Shown here: positions 14,601-47,170 of the stretch, one piece after another
How the letters are laid out: each line of letters begins with the position of its first letter
Position numbering within the stretch: the stretch's first letter is position 1
NCBI RefSeq assembly: GCF_009914755.1
Contig: NC_060930.1
DNA from: the human T2T-CHM13v2.0 reference genome, Homo sapiens
Length of the DNA: 64,000 nt
Direction: 5' to 3' (one strand)
Made by a program: the position numbers and the translations under genes
The notes under the pieces: generated by a model
What the model was told of the DNA's origin: nothing
The model's input: the letters and a program-made list of their open reading frames with translations, nothing else
The model's database searches: none

Positions 14601-15750
14601 TGCCTGTGTTTCTTCCAGAACTGTTTCTGGAGATGTGTTTTGTTCATTTCAGTGGGCCATCTTTCCCTGGTTCTTTGCATGCCTTATGATCTTTTTTTGA
14701 AAATTGGGTATTTAAAAAAAATATGGCCACTCTCCCAGTCTTTGCAGACTGGCATGTAAGACCTCACTAATTTGTAAGTCCATGAGGTCTTCACTAATCT
14801 GAGATTAGTCCAGGTCTTCTCAGGTCTTTTCTAGGCATGCTTCCTTCCTGTGAATGTGTGTGTGCTCCCTGTCCCCATCAAAGGTGATTTTAAAGGTCTT
14901 CATTTCCTAAACAGTCTCACTGCAGCTTTTTCTTAGGGCCTTAGATATTCTATTGTATTCCTCTGTAATCTCCTGCCCTCAGAGGTCCACAGGGCAGCAA
15001 TCCCTGTGTAGTTTTCATGTGCTGCATTGCTCACCACTGCCTTCTGTGGCTTCCAGCCTGAAATCAAAACTATTTGCTGTCTCCAGTCTGATACCTGAGT
15101 TGGACATTACAGACACCATTTCTGTAGGCAGCCCACAGACAGGCCAGGATGTTGCAACAAGTTTCACTCTGCTCCTTCTGTCCAAGTGTTCACATTTCCA
15201 TGTTTCTTTTTATGTCACATCATTTTGTAAATATTATGTCATATGGATCCTGGATCCATATGACAGCTTCTTCTCAGGGCCTTAGATATTCTATTGTATG
15301 GTTGGATCCAATATTATGTCATATGGATCCTGGATATTTACTGTATTTACTATATTGTGGCATTGGATGGAAGTTATGTTTTTGTGGATCATGTTACAAT
15401 CATCTGGAAAATGCCATTTTTGTTTTAGCAAGAAATCAATCTGGTTAGGTTCAGACTACAAGCTGTCTTGATCTTCTGTGGGTGGTGGTTAAAATCCCAG
15501 TACACTTCGCAAAGCCTTTGCTATGCTGGTTTGAGTCTGTCTCACTTATGAATCAGACTTATCTAGGTTCATACACAGAATTAGAGCTTCTTTCTCTTGG
15601 CTCTGGGAGTCTCTTCTTGCTTTCACTCTTTAGCCCCCAGAGGGCCCTTTTCCTTTTCAAAGTGTTTTTGTTTTCCTCAACTTCTATTTGGCTGGCCACT
15701 CCATGGTCACCGCAGCACCACCCCACAATAGGGGTGTGCCTCTGAGGCAG
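11644..15750 (-). mobile_element. Old L1 (L1M) antisense fragments
   Basis: Degenerate antisense L1 ORF2/ORF1 sequence. Confidence 0.75.
14267..14570 (-). mobile_element. Alu
   Basis: Alu consensus, antisense. Confidence 0.95.
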
Positions 15751-15753
15751 AAG

Positions 15754-15800
15754 TATTAGGTTGGTGCAAAAGTAACTGCAGTTTTGCCTTACTTCTAATA
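15754..15800 (+). mobile_element. MADE1 (Hsmar1 MITE) half copy
   Basis: TATTAGGTTGGTGCAAAAGTAACTGCAGTTTTGCC matches the mariner TIR. Confidence 0.8.
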
Positions 15801-16729
15801 CCATGCTCCGGAGTTAGATTCCAGCAATTGTGTTTATTTCTCATAATCTGGGAAACTTATCCTTGTGCAGTTGCTTCTCTGTATTTTGACACCCTTTAAC
15901 AATCCACCTGCTTTTGATTAATTTCAGCATGCTCAAGTAGTTCTTTTTCGTATTTCTTCTAGAGATTTTAGTTGTAATTTGTGGAGGAATGGGCAGTAGT
16001 TGGCTTGTGCTGCCATTGTGGGATGAGAACTCTGCCTAGATTTTTATCTTCATTTTGACATTTACTGGGAGTTTGACTCTGGAGAAGCTAGTTTAATCTC
16101 CATGCCTCGGGATGCCTACTTGAAAATGGGTAGTAGCAACAGACCTACCTCATTTTTAATTTTTGGCATTGTTTTTGGTGGATAAAATATGATAATGGGC
16201 ATTAAGCACTAGTAACTGCTCAATTGAAACGAATGCTTATTTCTATTCTTATATTTTCTATAAAACTGAACATCTTGGATTACAATTACTGGAATAAAAA
16301 ATTTAGAACTAAAAAGTTAAGAGATTTGGTGAGTTAGCTAACTTTGACCTTAAAGGAAAGGTCAAAAGGAAGACTAAGAAAAGCAAAATATCCCATCCTT
16401 TTCTGTAGCCCTTGGAATTACACCCTCAGTCCTTGTCAAGTGATAGCTATGAAATCAAAACAGGGTGTTACAAGGACAATCAAGGCAGCTTGCAGGGATG
16501 CCTTTCATAAAGTACCACATTAAACAAGAATGGGACTCTAACAAATAAGAAAACAATTACTCATACAGAGCATTGCTTTCCAATGAAATGACCCAGTTTT
16601 CCCTTCATGCCTCTTTATTAAATTGTGCAAAAAAACCCAACTAAGATTCTTATTTGGGTTCTTATTCTTATTCTTGATTCTTATTTGTTTTCTAGTAATA
16701 CTATTCCTTCCATTTTGCTCCCTTGCTAC

Positions 16730-16952
16730 ATGGCTGAAAAAGAACATGCAACCCACTGAAGACCTCAAGTCAGTGATCTGTAGGCTGTCAGCATTTGGCC
16801 CAATTCAGTCAGCCACTGTTTGTGGACGTCAAAGTGCTATAGTGGCATTCAAAGACATGACTTCAGCCTGTAATGCTGTGAGTGCTTTTCAAAGTAGGAC
16901 CCCAGGCACCATGTTCCAGTGTTCCTGGCAACAACGATTCATGTCAAAAGAC
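16730..16952 (+). pseudogene. TEX56P: TEX56P exon ([54 protein letters not shown]...FMSKD) with defective acceptor
   Basis: In frame with the previous exon (AG+A=Arg); polypyrimidine tract ends in TAC (16727-16729) not TAG; donor GAC|gtaaga at 16953. Confidence 0.85.
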
Positions 16953-17010
16953 GTAAGACTCTCTACTACCAAACACCTGTGTGAATTCTTAAGCTTGTTT
17001 TACAAAACTT

Positions 17011-17016
17011 TTTATT
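17011..17016 (-). terminator. ECI2: ECI2 polyadenylation signal AATAAA (cleavage inferred near 16990)
   Basis: tttatt on + strand about 150 nt past the stop; GU-rich stretch (GGTGTTTGGTAGT on -) downstream. Confidence 0.8.
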
Positions 17017-17162
17017 CATCAGAGCTGTAGTGAAATATCATCATTGTAATTGATATTCTAGCACTACAAAAGGCACAATGAAGCTTATTTAGTTCCAGTA
17101 CTGGAAATCAGAGGTAACAGCACATCCTTCCTTGGACATGCTTTACTCTGCTGTAGTGGTCA

Positions 17163-36848
<19,686 letters not shown>

Positions 36849-36867
36849 CCCTTGGGCGGCTCTAGGG

Positions 36868-37185
36868 CTGCGGGGGCTCGGGGGTGGGGCCGGGTCTCGG
36901 GGGCGGGGCCTAGCTCGGTCTGCGGGGGCTCGGGGGTGGGGCCGGGTCTCGGGGGTGGAGCCGGGACTCGGGGGCGGGGCCTAGGCTCCCGGGCTGCGGG
37001 GGCTCGGGGGTGGGGCCGGGGCTTGGGTGCGGGGCGGGGCCGAGAGCAGAGCCCAGGCAGGAGCCTGGGGCATGGGCGGGGCCAGGGTTGGGGCGGGGCC
37101 AGGCTGAGAGCGTAGCCACGCCGCATTCGCCATCGCTAGCCCGTGGCCTCCTCTGGGGCTGCGGGGGCTCGGGGGTGGGGCCGGG
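36868..37185 (+). repeat. Four copies of the G-rich 27-mer CTGCGGGGGCTCGGGGGTGGGGCCGGG
   Basis: Copies start at 36868, 36920, 36994 and 37159. Confidence 0.9.
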
Positions 37186-37349
37186 GGGGTCGGTGCGTGG
37201 GCGGGGCGGGAGCTCTAGGCGGTTAGGAGTCGGGGCTCAGATGCGGGGGCGGGGCCGGAGCGAGGCCGGGTATCACCCGGGAGTGGAGGAAGTGCGGGGG
37301 GTTCGCGGCGCGGGGAGGGTGATCCCGGGAGGACTTGCGCGGCGCGTGG

Positions 37350-37611
37350 GGCGGGGCACAGATGCTCCCCGGCCTGGCTCCGAGTAACTGCGAGCTGGAG
37401 GCGCGGCTGCTCTCTCGGGCGGACCTCAGCTCTGCGAACCCTGTGGCTGCCGGAGCACTGAGCGCCCTGCCCGGAGTCCCGCGGAGCCTGGCGAGGAGGG
37501 GTCGCTGCATCCCGAGGGCCAGCCCTGAGCCGGGAGGTGGGGTAACAATTGAGGGCGTATGCTTAAAAGCTGCTAGGTCATGCATCCCCAAATCGAAGGT
37601 TTGCAGACCTG
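37350..37611 (+). ncRNA. ECI2-DT: Candidate first exon of divergent lncRNA from the ECI2 promoter
   Basis: Distal half of the CpG island with possible donor CTG|gtagga at 37612; existence of a divergent transcript is recalled knowledge; boundaries are inferred. Confidence 0.35.
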
Positions 37612-38205
37612 GTAGGACGCCTGGGGGTCAGAAGTGATTTTTGGAGTACCCAAGTTTTTAGTGTCAGTGAAGAGTTTGTGGATATTTTTGAGTTCTGCTG
37701 AGGCATTTGCAAAGTATTTTCTTTGGGGAAGAATTCTTAAGAGTTGGAAGGGCCTTGGCTGTGTCACCTTGTCCAGTTCCCAGAGAACCAAAAAACAAAA
37801 CAGAACAAAACGAAACAAAACCACCCCTCTAAATTCTGTGCCCAAGTTGTCCCATCCAAGCATGCCTAGGAGTTTTAGATTTATGTAGCTGACACCTGTG
37901 GACTACCTATAGTGAGCCAGGCTAATTGTAAGTCTTTGGACAACCCTGTAAGGAAAATGATATTGCCCTGTTGAGCTGATGTGGAAATTGCCCTGTTGAG
38001 CATATTGCCCTGTTGAGCTGATGTGGAAACTGAGACCCAGAAAGATTAATCAGGTGAATTCCCCAAAGACAGGAGGCTTGCAGGTGGGCAGAGTCCAAGT
38101 CTCAAGTAACTTTATCATTAAGTTTCATCAGGTAGATCTGGGTAATAGTGTAGATGGGGCAACACCAAAAGTCAAATAGAACAATTTGGGCTTATCCCAA
38201 AGAGA

Positions 38206-38498
<293 letters not shown>

Positions 38499-39929
38499 TC
38501 TCCATATATTACAAAGTGGTAGTTGGTAGGCTGAGCTGCCTCTCTCAGAGACCTTGACTCTCTCCAAGGCTGTTAGATAACCTCAGAGGTAATGGAAATG
38601 CAGTAATCAGATATTGCAGATAATACAAGACTCATTCATTTCCAGAAGATGAAACAGCTGTCATGGAAATATTTTTTAAATCTCATACTGGTAAGCATAT
38701 TTTGATAGTGAAACCTTTTGCAATGCAAGCAAACTACTCTCAGGCTTATACCTACCACAGAAAAGAGTGGGGTGTGGGAAATTAGCTTATCTTTTTCAAA
38801 CTATAATTTTAAAAATATAGAAAGAGCATGTGTCAAAGATTTACTTAGCTCATTAATTAGGGAACCAACAGGGTGCTAAAGAAGAAGTTAAAAGACTAGT
38901 TTAATATAGTCAATGTTAAAAAAAGAATGCTGGAATAGATTGCAAAGTTAGAAACAAAACTGGTTAATATCCCATAGAGCAATAAAACCATAACCTCGGG
39001 AGGAATGTTTTTCCTATTGGAGAAATCATTTGCATATCTACCAGCTGTCATTTACTAAAGCCCCATTATATCCAGCATTTGAGAGAAAGGAGATGGTTAA
39101 AGAGACAGACATTCCTGGTTAAAGAGACAGACATTTAGATTCCTAGATCCTAAAGAGGGTCATCTTGGGTCCGTATTTGGTTTACTAAACTGTTAAGAGG
39201 TGTCCAGACCATGCCTTGTAAACATGGCTGCCATGGCCCTGTGGGTGGGAGGGCCAGTTGCAGCAAAAGGGAACCATTGTGATTTTGGTAGATTCTCCAC
39301 CTGAGCTTGAAGATCATTGTATCTGTGCTAAGGAGTTTGGATTCCGTGCTGAGAGCAAGCAGAGAGCCATTGAAGATACAATTGGCATGCCCAGCTATCC
39401 AGTTCTCAGTGAAATCCTGGACTCCAGATATATCTTCAGGGTGTAATGGTTCTGGATAAGAGTAGGAAAGGCAGAAACTCAGTCAAGACCTCTCTAAAGC
39501 TCTAATCTTCACCCTGTTATATAACCAGCTTCCCCTGGAGCTTATGAAAATCTTGGGGAGGGGGTCCTCCAGTCTGGTTAGATCCTGTCTTATTGATTGC
39601 AGGGGACTGATGCTGCCTGGGAGGGCCGTTGATGTTCTTTGGGTTGAGAGAATCTCAGACTCTCTTAGCAGGTGCACAGGAAGTGTTGTCTCCGGCTATA
39701 ATGAATCTTTGGGGTCAGCATATCGACTTCACAGTGTTGTGCTCAGTGGTAGTGTGAATGTTTCTTTTTTAAGATCATAGAATAGATTATATCAGAGTAG
39801 AATGTTACATGATGACTCTGTCAGTCATGATAATTTTTATTTCCAATATTTACATCATCAGATACTGTTGTTACAGCATGTACAGAGTCTGTCACATTCA
39901 GTCTTGAGGAACAATTCTGATACACTGTC

Positions 39930-40710
39930 CCAATTAACAGTGCAAGCTAGAAACCTGGAAGAGTCTTTGATTCCCTTACCTCACTGACACCTCACATCTA
40001 TCATTCATCAAATACTAGTGATTCTGTCTCCTAAATATATTTTTTTAATTTTCCCCCTCATCTCACATCCCTCTGCATCGTCTTAATTCATGCTCTCATT
40101 GATTTTGAGATTACTGTTACCTGGATTCCTGTAGCAGCCACTTCCCAGTTTTGCTAATTCAGTTACCTCTGCAATCCATTCTCTCCCTGCTTCCAGGCTG
40201 GTCTCCCTAAATTTTAAATCTTACACTCCACACGATTCTCCCCGATCTCTCCCCTTGGCTGAAAATCTCTTAGTGAGTCCCCTTTGCCTGTTAAACAAAC
40301 CCAAGCTGCTTAGCACTGGCAAATAAGGCCCACAAGATTTGCCCTTGCCTACCTTCTCAGGCACCTCTTTCCAGCCCCACATGTTAACTTCCCATTTCAG
40401 GTGGACTTGGGATGCTCAGTTTCTCTGAGTTTCCAGGTTCTCTCATTCCAGGCATTGGCATATCCAGGAATCTCCTCTGACCCACCCACTGGTTAGTCCT
40501 GTCCTGAGTTCCTACAGTCTCCTGGGCGTTTCTTTCTTCTGGCCCCTATGTCACTGTGTTTTATATCTGATTAGTAATCTATTTTATTACAAGGGGCATA
40601 TCCTGGGAAGAATTCTACCCTGTATTCAACCCCTTTCTCATTTCTGGACACACTGCTTGACAGAAAATACTGTACTCTGTGAAGGTTTGTTGGATGATGG
40701 ATGAGCTGTT
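39930..40710. mobile_element. L2 fragments
   Basis: GCTAGAAACCTGGAAGAGTCTTTGATTC, CAATCCATTCTCTCC motifs. Confidence 0.55.
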
Positions 40711-41845
40711 GAAAGTTTCCTTCTAGAGCGTGCTTTTCCACATTTGATAATAAGTTGTGAGTCAGTTGCTACCTTTTCATTAAGTTGTCAGAAGGTGTTA
40801 ACATGAGTGTTTTTGTGGTTTGAAATGTTGCTTTTTCAGTGAGTGGTAGCTAAAGGCAGAGGACTTTGACTGTTGCCAAGTTCCTGTGCCGAAATGAACT
40901 GGGGAGAGTGGTACGAAGGCAACTGTGGTGTTACTTAACTCTATAAATTTCTGGGTGAAAAATCTATTATAGCTTTTTCCATTAGTCATTAAAATGATTA
41001 GTCCACGTTCAACGTTCTGTATCATAATTGTTTCCTGCTTTAGCTGGATGACATTGCTTGAGATAAATTAAACCTGTGGCATTATTATGTCTCCTTTACA
41101 AAATTAATCCTCTTTTCTTCTTCCTAGCTAGGCTTTGTATTGCCTTCCTACACAATCTTATATGTCAGAGATATTAAAAATAGTATGCTGGAATATTACC
41201 TGCTTTGGGGTGTTTTTCTTATTTCCCATCGTTATAATTTAGAGAAGAAAGTCATTTCAAAAGTAAACATTTGGCTCATGTTATCACCTCTGTCTAAGTG
41301 CTTTACACCTGCGTGATTTGTTCATTCATCCAAGGCTCTTTTATCCACTCTTTCTGTATGTTGCACAAGCATTAACCTGACCTTGTATTTGAGGATACTT
41401 TTCAACTATCCTTCTGTAGCAAAAAAAAAAAAAAAAAATTATTTTTGGAGGACTCTCCCTCTGAAAATGATTGGAACTGATAGATACACTGTGTAAGAAA
41501 TGGCTGCTTTTCTGAAGTCATTCCATTTTTTCTTGTTTACACCACAGCTTAAATTAATTTACCTGTCCTAATGAATACATAAGAACAAGAACAATACCTA
41601 CAATTTAGTTAACCACAGAGAGCCACAAAGACAATTATATGTATTCAACACAATGTCATATAATTTACATGCATTTAAGGGCTGAGAAGAATGTTCAAGA
41701 ATGGCATCCGTGGTTCGTAGGCAGGTGGTATCCTTATTGACTCAGCAAAGGTGCTCCTGCCTTCTCTGTTCTGCACAAGAAAGAAGTAAATTTAAAATTC
41801 CATCCATAAATCAGCAGCTTGACTTTAAATAAGATTAGAAAAACA

Positions 41846-42826
41846 TAGTCAATCCTTATTTTTCGTAGTTTGTGTATTTGAGAGTTTGCCTACTTGCTAA
41901 AATTTATTTGTAAACTTTATTTTTATTTATTTATTTATTTATTTATTTTTTTGAGATGGAGTCTTGCTCTCTCTCCCAGGCTGGAGTGCGGTGGCATGAT
42001 CTCAGCTCACTGTAGCCTCCACCTCCTGGGTTCAAGTGATTCTCTAGCTTCAGGGTTCAAGTGATTCTCTAGCCTCAGCCTCCAGAGTAGTTGACACTAC
42101 AGGCATGCACCACCATGCCTGTCTAATTTTTTTGCATTTTTAGTAAAGACAGGGTTTCACCATGTTGGCCAGGCTGGTCTTGAATTCCTGACGTCAGGTG
42201 ATCCACCTGCCTTGGCCTCCCAAAGTGCTGAAATTACAGGTGTGAGCCACTGCACCCGGCCTATTTGTAAACTTTAAATCAATACTCATGGGGCATTTGC
42301 AACATGTCTGGAGTGTTGGAAAATTTGATTTGCCCGAAGCACATATTCACAGCTGAGGTCAAACAAGGTGACCTTCTGCCTTCTTATTTCAACTGTCATA
42401 CTGTAAATAAATGTCCTTATGGGGTTTACTTAATGCTACATATTTTCATATTTTTGTGCTTTTTTTGGTGATTTGCTGTTTAAAATGGCCTGCAAGCATA
42501 ATGCTGAATTGCTATCTAGTGTAAAAGCAATAAGGCTGTGATGTGCCTCATGGAGAAAATGTGAGCTAGACTTCCTTCAGGCCTGAGTTTATAATGCTGT
42601 TAGCAAATTCAGTATTATTGAATCAACTATATACATATATATGTACTTTAAATGATGTGTCTTTCCATAGAAACACATCGGATAAGCTTATGATGAAAAT
42701 GTAACCAGAGACTCAAAGGAACCTAATCCTGGATTACCTCTAGAAACAATGGTTCACTATTGACTTATTCAGTGTTTGCTATGACTTTAGAAAATCTAAT
42801 TATCATGAATAATGAGAATTAACTGT
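41846..42826 (+). mobile_element. MER82 (TcMar-Tigger), Alu inserted
   Basis: GCCTACTTGCTAAAATTTATTTGTAA...AATGAGAATTAACTG. Confidence 0.8.
41915..42261 (-). mobile_element. AluS with internal 25-nt tandem duplication (42028-42077)
   Basis: TSD TATTTGTAAACTTTA; GGGTTCAAGTGATTCTCTAGC present twice. Confidence 0.95.
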
Positions 42827-42835
42827 ATATGCAGC

Positions 42836-43070
42836 TGTCTTAGGTTAGAGTCTCCCAGAAGCAGACCCCAAGAGAGGAGTTTATTTGGGGAATGATTCCA
42901 GGAAACCTTGGTGTAGGAGTAGAGAATTAAAAGAGACAAGGAAAGGCAGGCAATAAAGGGTAAAATCATTAAGCAAGTTACCTCTGTGGACAACTGACAC
43001 TCAATTCTACTATAGTAGCCTGGGTGCCAGTGAAGAGCATGTGCCTCAGGTGTCCTTCCTGAAGGGAGAG
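42836..43070. mobile_element. MLT1-like LTR fragment
   Basis: TGTCTTAGGTTAGAGTCTCCCAGAAGCAGACCCC. Confidence 0.5.
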
Positions 43071-43078
43071 AAAGGTAA

Positions 43079-43446
<368 letters not shown>

Positions 43447-44215
43447 TTAATTCCACTGTACTCCAAGAACATTCTTTGTATGAATTCAATTCTTTTACAT
43501 TTGTTAGTTTTATATCCAGTAGTATGTGGCCTATCGCGGTGAACATTCCATGTGTTGTCAAAAGAATATGCATCCTATCATTCATTGTCACTTACTGACT
43601 TTGTGTCTCCTTGTTCCATAAATTACTGAGAGAGGAATGTTGATGTCGCCATATGTAATTGTAAATGTGACTATTTCTCTATTCAGTTCAATCAGTTTTT
43701 GCTTCATGCATTTTGGAGTTCTGTTGTTAGGTGGATACAAACTGATGACTGTATGTCTTCTTGATGAATTGACCTTTATTATTTTGTACTGTCCCTTTTT
43801 ATCCCTGGTAAGTAATTTTCCTTTATATGAAGTCTATTTTTTATATTAATGTAGACAACACAGCTTTCTTTTGATTAGTGTTTGCATGGTTTATCTGTTT
43901 TTATTCTTTGACTTTTAATATATGTGTATCATTATATTTAAAGTGGGTTTCTTGTAGACAACATATAGTTGTTTGTTTTTTTAAAAATCCAATCTGACAA
44001 TCTTTGTTTTTTAAATGATATATTTAGACCATTTACATTTGATGTGATTATTGATATAATTAGATGTAGACCTCCTATTTTGTTATTTTTCTGTTTGTTT
44101 TTGCTTTTCTCTTCTCCCTCCTTACCATCTTCGAATTATTTTTAGTATTCCATTTTAACTTATCCATTAGGATGATTTGTTTGTTTGTTTGTTTGTTTTG
44201 TTTTGGCTTTATGTC

Positions 44216-44908
44216 TGTATTAGTCCATTCTCACACTGCTATAAAGAACTACCTGAACTGTAATCCCAGCACTGTGGGAGGCTGAGGCAGGTGGATCGCT
44301 TGAGCTCAGGAGTTTGAGACCAGCCTGGGCAATGTGGTGAAATCCCATCTCTACAAAAAATACAAAAAAATTAGCTAGACTTGGTGGCACATGCCTGTAC
44401 TCCCAGCTACTCAGGATACTGAGGTGGAGGATTGCTTGGGCCCAGAAGGCAGAGGTTGAGCTGAGATTGTGGCACTGCATTCCAGCCTGGGAGACAGAGC
44501 AAGACTCTGTAAAACAAAACAAAACAAAACAACAACAAAAACCCCAAACCAACAATCTACCTGGGACTGGGGAATTTATAAAGAAAAGAGGTTTACTTGA
44601 CTCATGGTTCTGCAGGTTGTAGAGGAAACATGGCTGGGTAGGCCTCGGGAAACTTACAGTTATGGCAGAAGGTTAAGGAGAAGTTGGCACATCTTCACAT
44701 GGCAGAACAGGAGAGAGAGAATGAAGGGGGAAGCACTACACACTTTTAAACAACCAGATCTCATAAGAACTAATTCACTATCACAAGAACAGCAAGGTAA
44801 ACATCTGCCCCCGTGATCCAATCACCTGCCACTAGGCCCCATCTTCAACACATGGGTATTACAGTTCAACATGAGATTTGGGTGGGGACACAGAGCCAAA
44901 CCATATCA
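44216..44908 (-). mobile_element. MSTA-like MaLR LTR (Alu inserted)
   Basis: TGTATTAGTCCATTCTCAC...GCCAAACCATATCA; near-TSD ATGTC/ATCTC. Confidence 0.85.
44258..44555 (+). mobile_element. AluJ-like inside MSTA
   Basis: GAGCTCAGGAGTTTGAG and GGAGGATTGCTTG diagnostic positions. Confidence 0.9.
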
Positions 44909-46736
44909 ATCTCTTTATATATTTTTCCAGTGGTTGTTCCAAAGAATATATGTATATAATATTATGATAGTATATATATACACACATATACATGTATATG
45001 TGTGTATATATATACACATACTGTTAGTTTATCTGGATTTAATATTTAACAACTTCAAGTAAAATGTTGAAGACTGGCAACCATACAGGTTTCTTTACTC
45101 TCTCTCTTTATGTTATAGTTGTCGTCTGTATTACATTTGGATACATTGACACCCTCCCAAACAGTGTTACAATTTTTGCATTCAAACTTCATACATAGTT
45201 TCAATAACTTAAAAACGAAAAGTATTATATAACTAGGTATTTATCATTTCTACGGTTTTTTATTCATTCCTGAAGTTTCAAGTTTTCTTCTAGGAACATT
45301 TTTCTTCCACATTAGCTTCCTTTAGGAATTTTTCTTAGATATATTGGCAATGAATTCTCTTTGTTTTTCTTCATGTGAGAATATCCTTATTTTACATTCA
45401 TTCCTGAAGGATATTTCCACTGCATATAGAATTCTGAGTTGACATTTTTTTTTTCTTTCAGCACTTTAAGGATTTTGCTCCCCTGCCTTTATGGTTTCTG
45501 ATGAGGAATCATTAGCATTCACTAGTATCTGCAGTATTTGAGTTGTTGCTCTCCTATGCAAAATATATCGTTTTGCTATGGCTGCTTTCTAGATATTTAT
45601 CTTTGGTTTTTGGCAGTTTAATTTTGATGTGTGTTAGCATGGTTTTCTTTGAGTTTATTTTGTTTGGTTTTTCTAGACTTCTTGAATCTATGAATTTATG
45701 TCTTTTGCGATATTTGAGGAATTTTTGTTCATTGTTTTGTCAAATATTTTGTCTGTCCTGATATCTTTCATCTCTTGTTCAGGGACTCCAGTGATATTGA
45801 GATTGTCCCACAGGTTCCGTGGCTATTTACCTACTTTTAATCCTTTTTCTCTTTGTTTTACAGGTAGGTAATTTTTACTGATCTATCTTTAAATTCACTG
45901 ACATTATTCTCTCTCAATTCTGCTATTGAACCCACTTAGTGCATTTTTAAATTTCAGGTATTCTATTTTTCAATTCTCAAATTTCTATTTGGCTTTTTAA
46001 AATAGTTTCTCTTTCTCTGCTGACTACTCATGTCTTTCTTTTAAATTTGGAAGTGCTTACATTCACCTCATAGAGGAAGGTCATAATGACTGGTTTAAAT
46101 TATTGACCCCATGCATTTGGTCTCTTGCACTTGACCCCTTGGTTTTTTATGCCCCCAGTGCACCTGCTTTGGGACTCCACTTGTCCATTGGACTTCCTCA
46201 CCCTCACTGCTGTGGCCTGCAATTGACAATATCATGTCAAAGTCATGTCTTGAGTTTCCAGCTAGGCTAGGATCCTTGCTGATTCCTCTCCCCCAACAGT
46301 ATCTTTGATCATGCTAGGCAAGCTGAATTAAATTGTAGTAAGTGCATTCATTGATAGAAAAATTGCAGAAAAATTGCGGGTTCAATCCAGCCAATGTAAC
46401 ACTTTATTATCATAATACAATGTGATTATTCTCTTGAATCAACTGTTTTCATTCTAAAGCATCTGTGGAATTTCATGGAGCAGAAATGTAGTGCACATTT
46501 CATACCTCCAAATGTTTTAAGCCAAATTATAATTGCAGACAGCCCTTATAAATCTAATTACATGCCTTACAGTGACTCCACAGGTACACAGGCCAGATGG
46601 AATTAATATATTACTGCTGCTATTAATCACGTGAGATTAAGACAAATAATATAACATGATTATATAAAATGATCTGCCATTTATCTGCTGTGATCACCTA
46701 CTTCATTAAGGTATTGGCAGCATTTAGCAAGGCTGG

Positions 46737-47170
46737 TGTTGCAGTCTGTTTTTTTGCTATAAAAGAATACATGTAGCTGGTAGTTTATAAAGAAAAGAGG
46801 TTTATTTGGCTTATCGTTCTGCAGGCTATACAAGAAGAAGCATGGCACCAGCATCTGCTTCTGGTGAGCAGCTCAGGCTGCTTCCATTCCTGGTGGAAGG
46901 GAAAGGGGAGCTGACTTGTGCAGAGATCACTTCCAAGAGGGAAATCAAGAGAGAGAGGTAGGAGGTGCCAGGCTCTTTTTAACGTCCAGTTATCTTGGGA
47001 GCTAATAGAGTAAGAACTCACTGATACCTACTACCCCCATCCTCCATCTCTTCGTGAAGAGTCTGCCCCCATGATCCATACACCTCCCATTAGGCCCCCC
47101 CTTTAACACTGAGGATCACATTTCAACCTGAGATTTGGAGGGGCCAAACAAACCATATCCAAACTATAGA
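46737..47170 (-). mobile_element. MSTB-like MaLR LTR
   Basis: GCTATAAAAGAATAC...TTTATAAAGAAAAGAGGTTTATTTGGCT...CCAAACTATAG. Confidence 0.8.

Noticed and set aside
16623-17030. 135-aa stand-alone ORF with a hydrophobic N-terminus
   Set aside because: It starts at a non-ATG codon in the intronic T-rich tract; it is the TEX56 exon plus flanking intron.
38500-39760. Unique-looking stretch, possibly ERV internal sequence or lncRNA exons
   Set aside because: I could not assign a family or convincing frame by eye; needs a Dfam/BLAST search.
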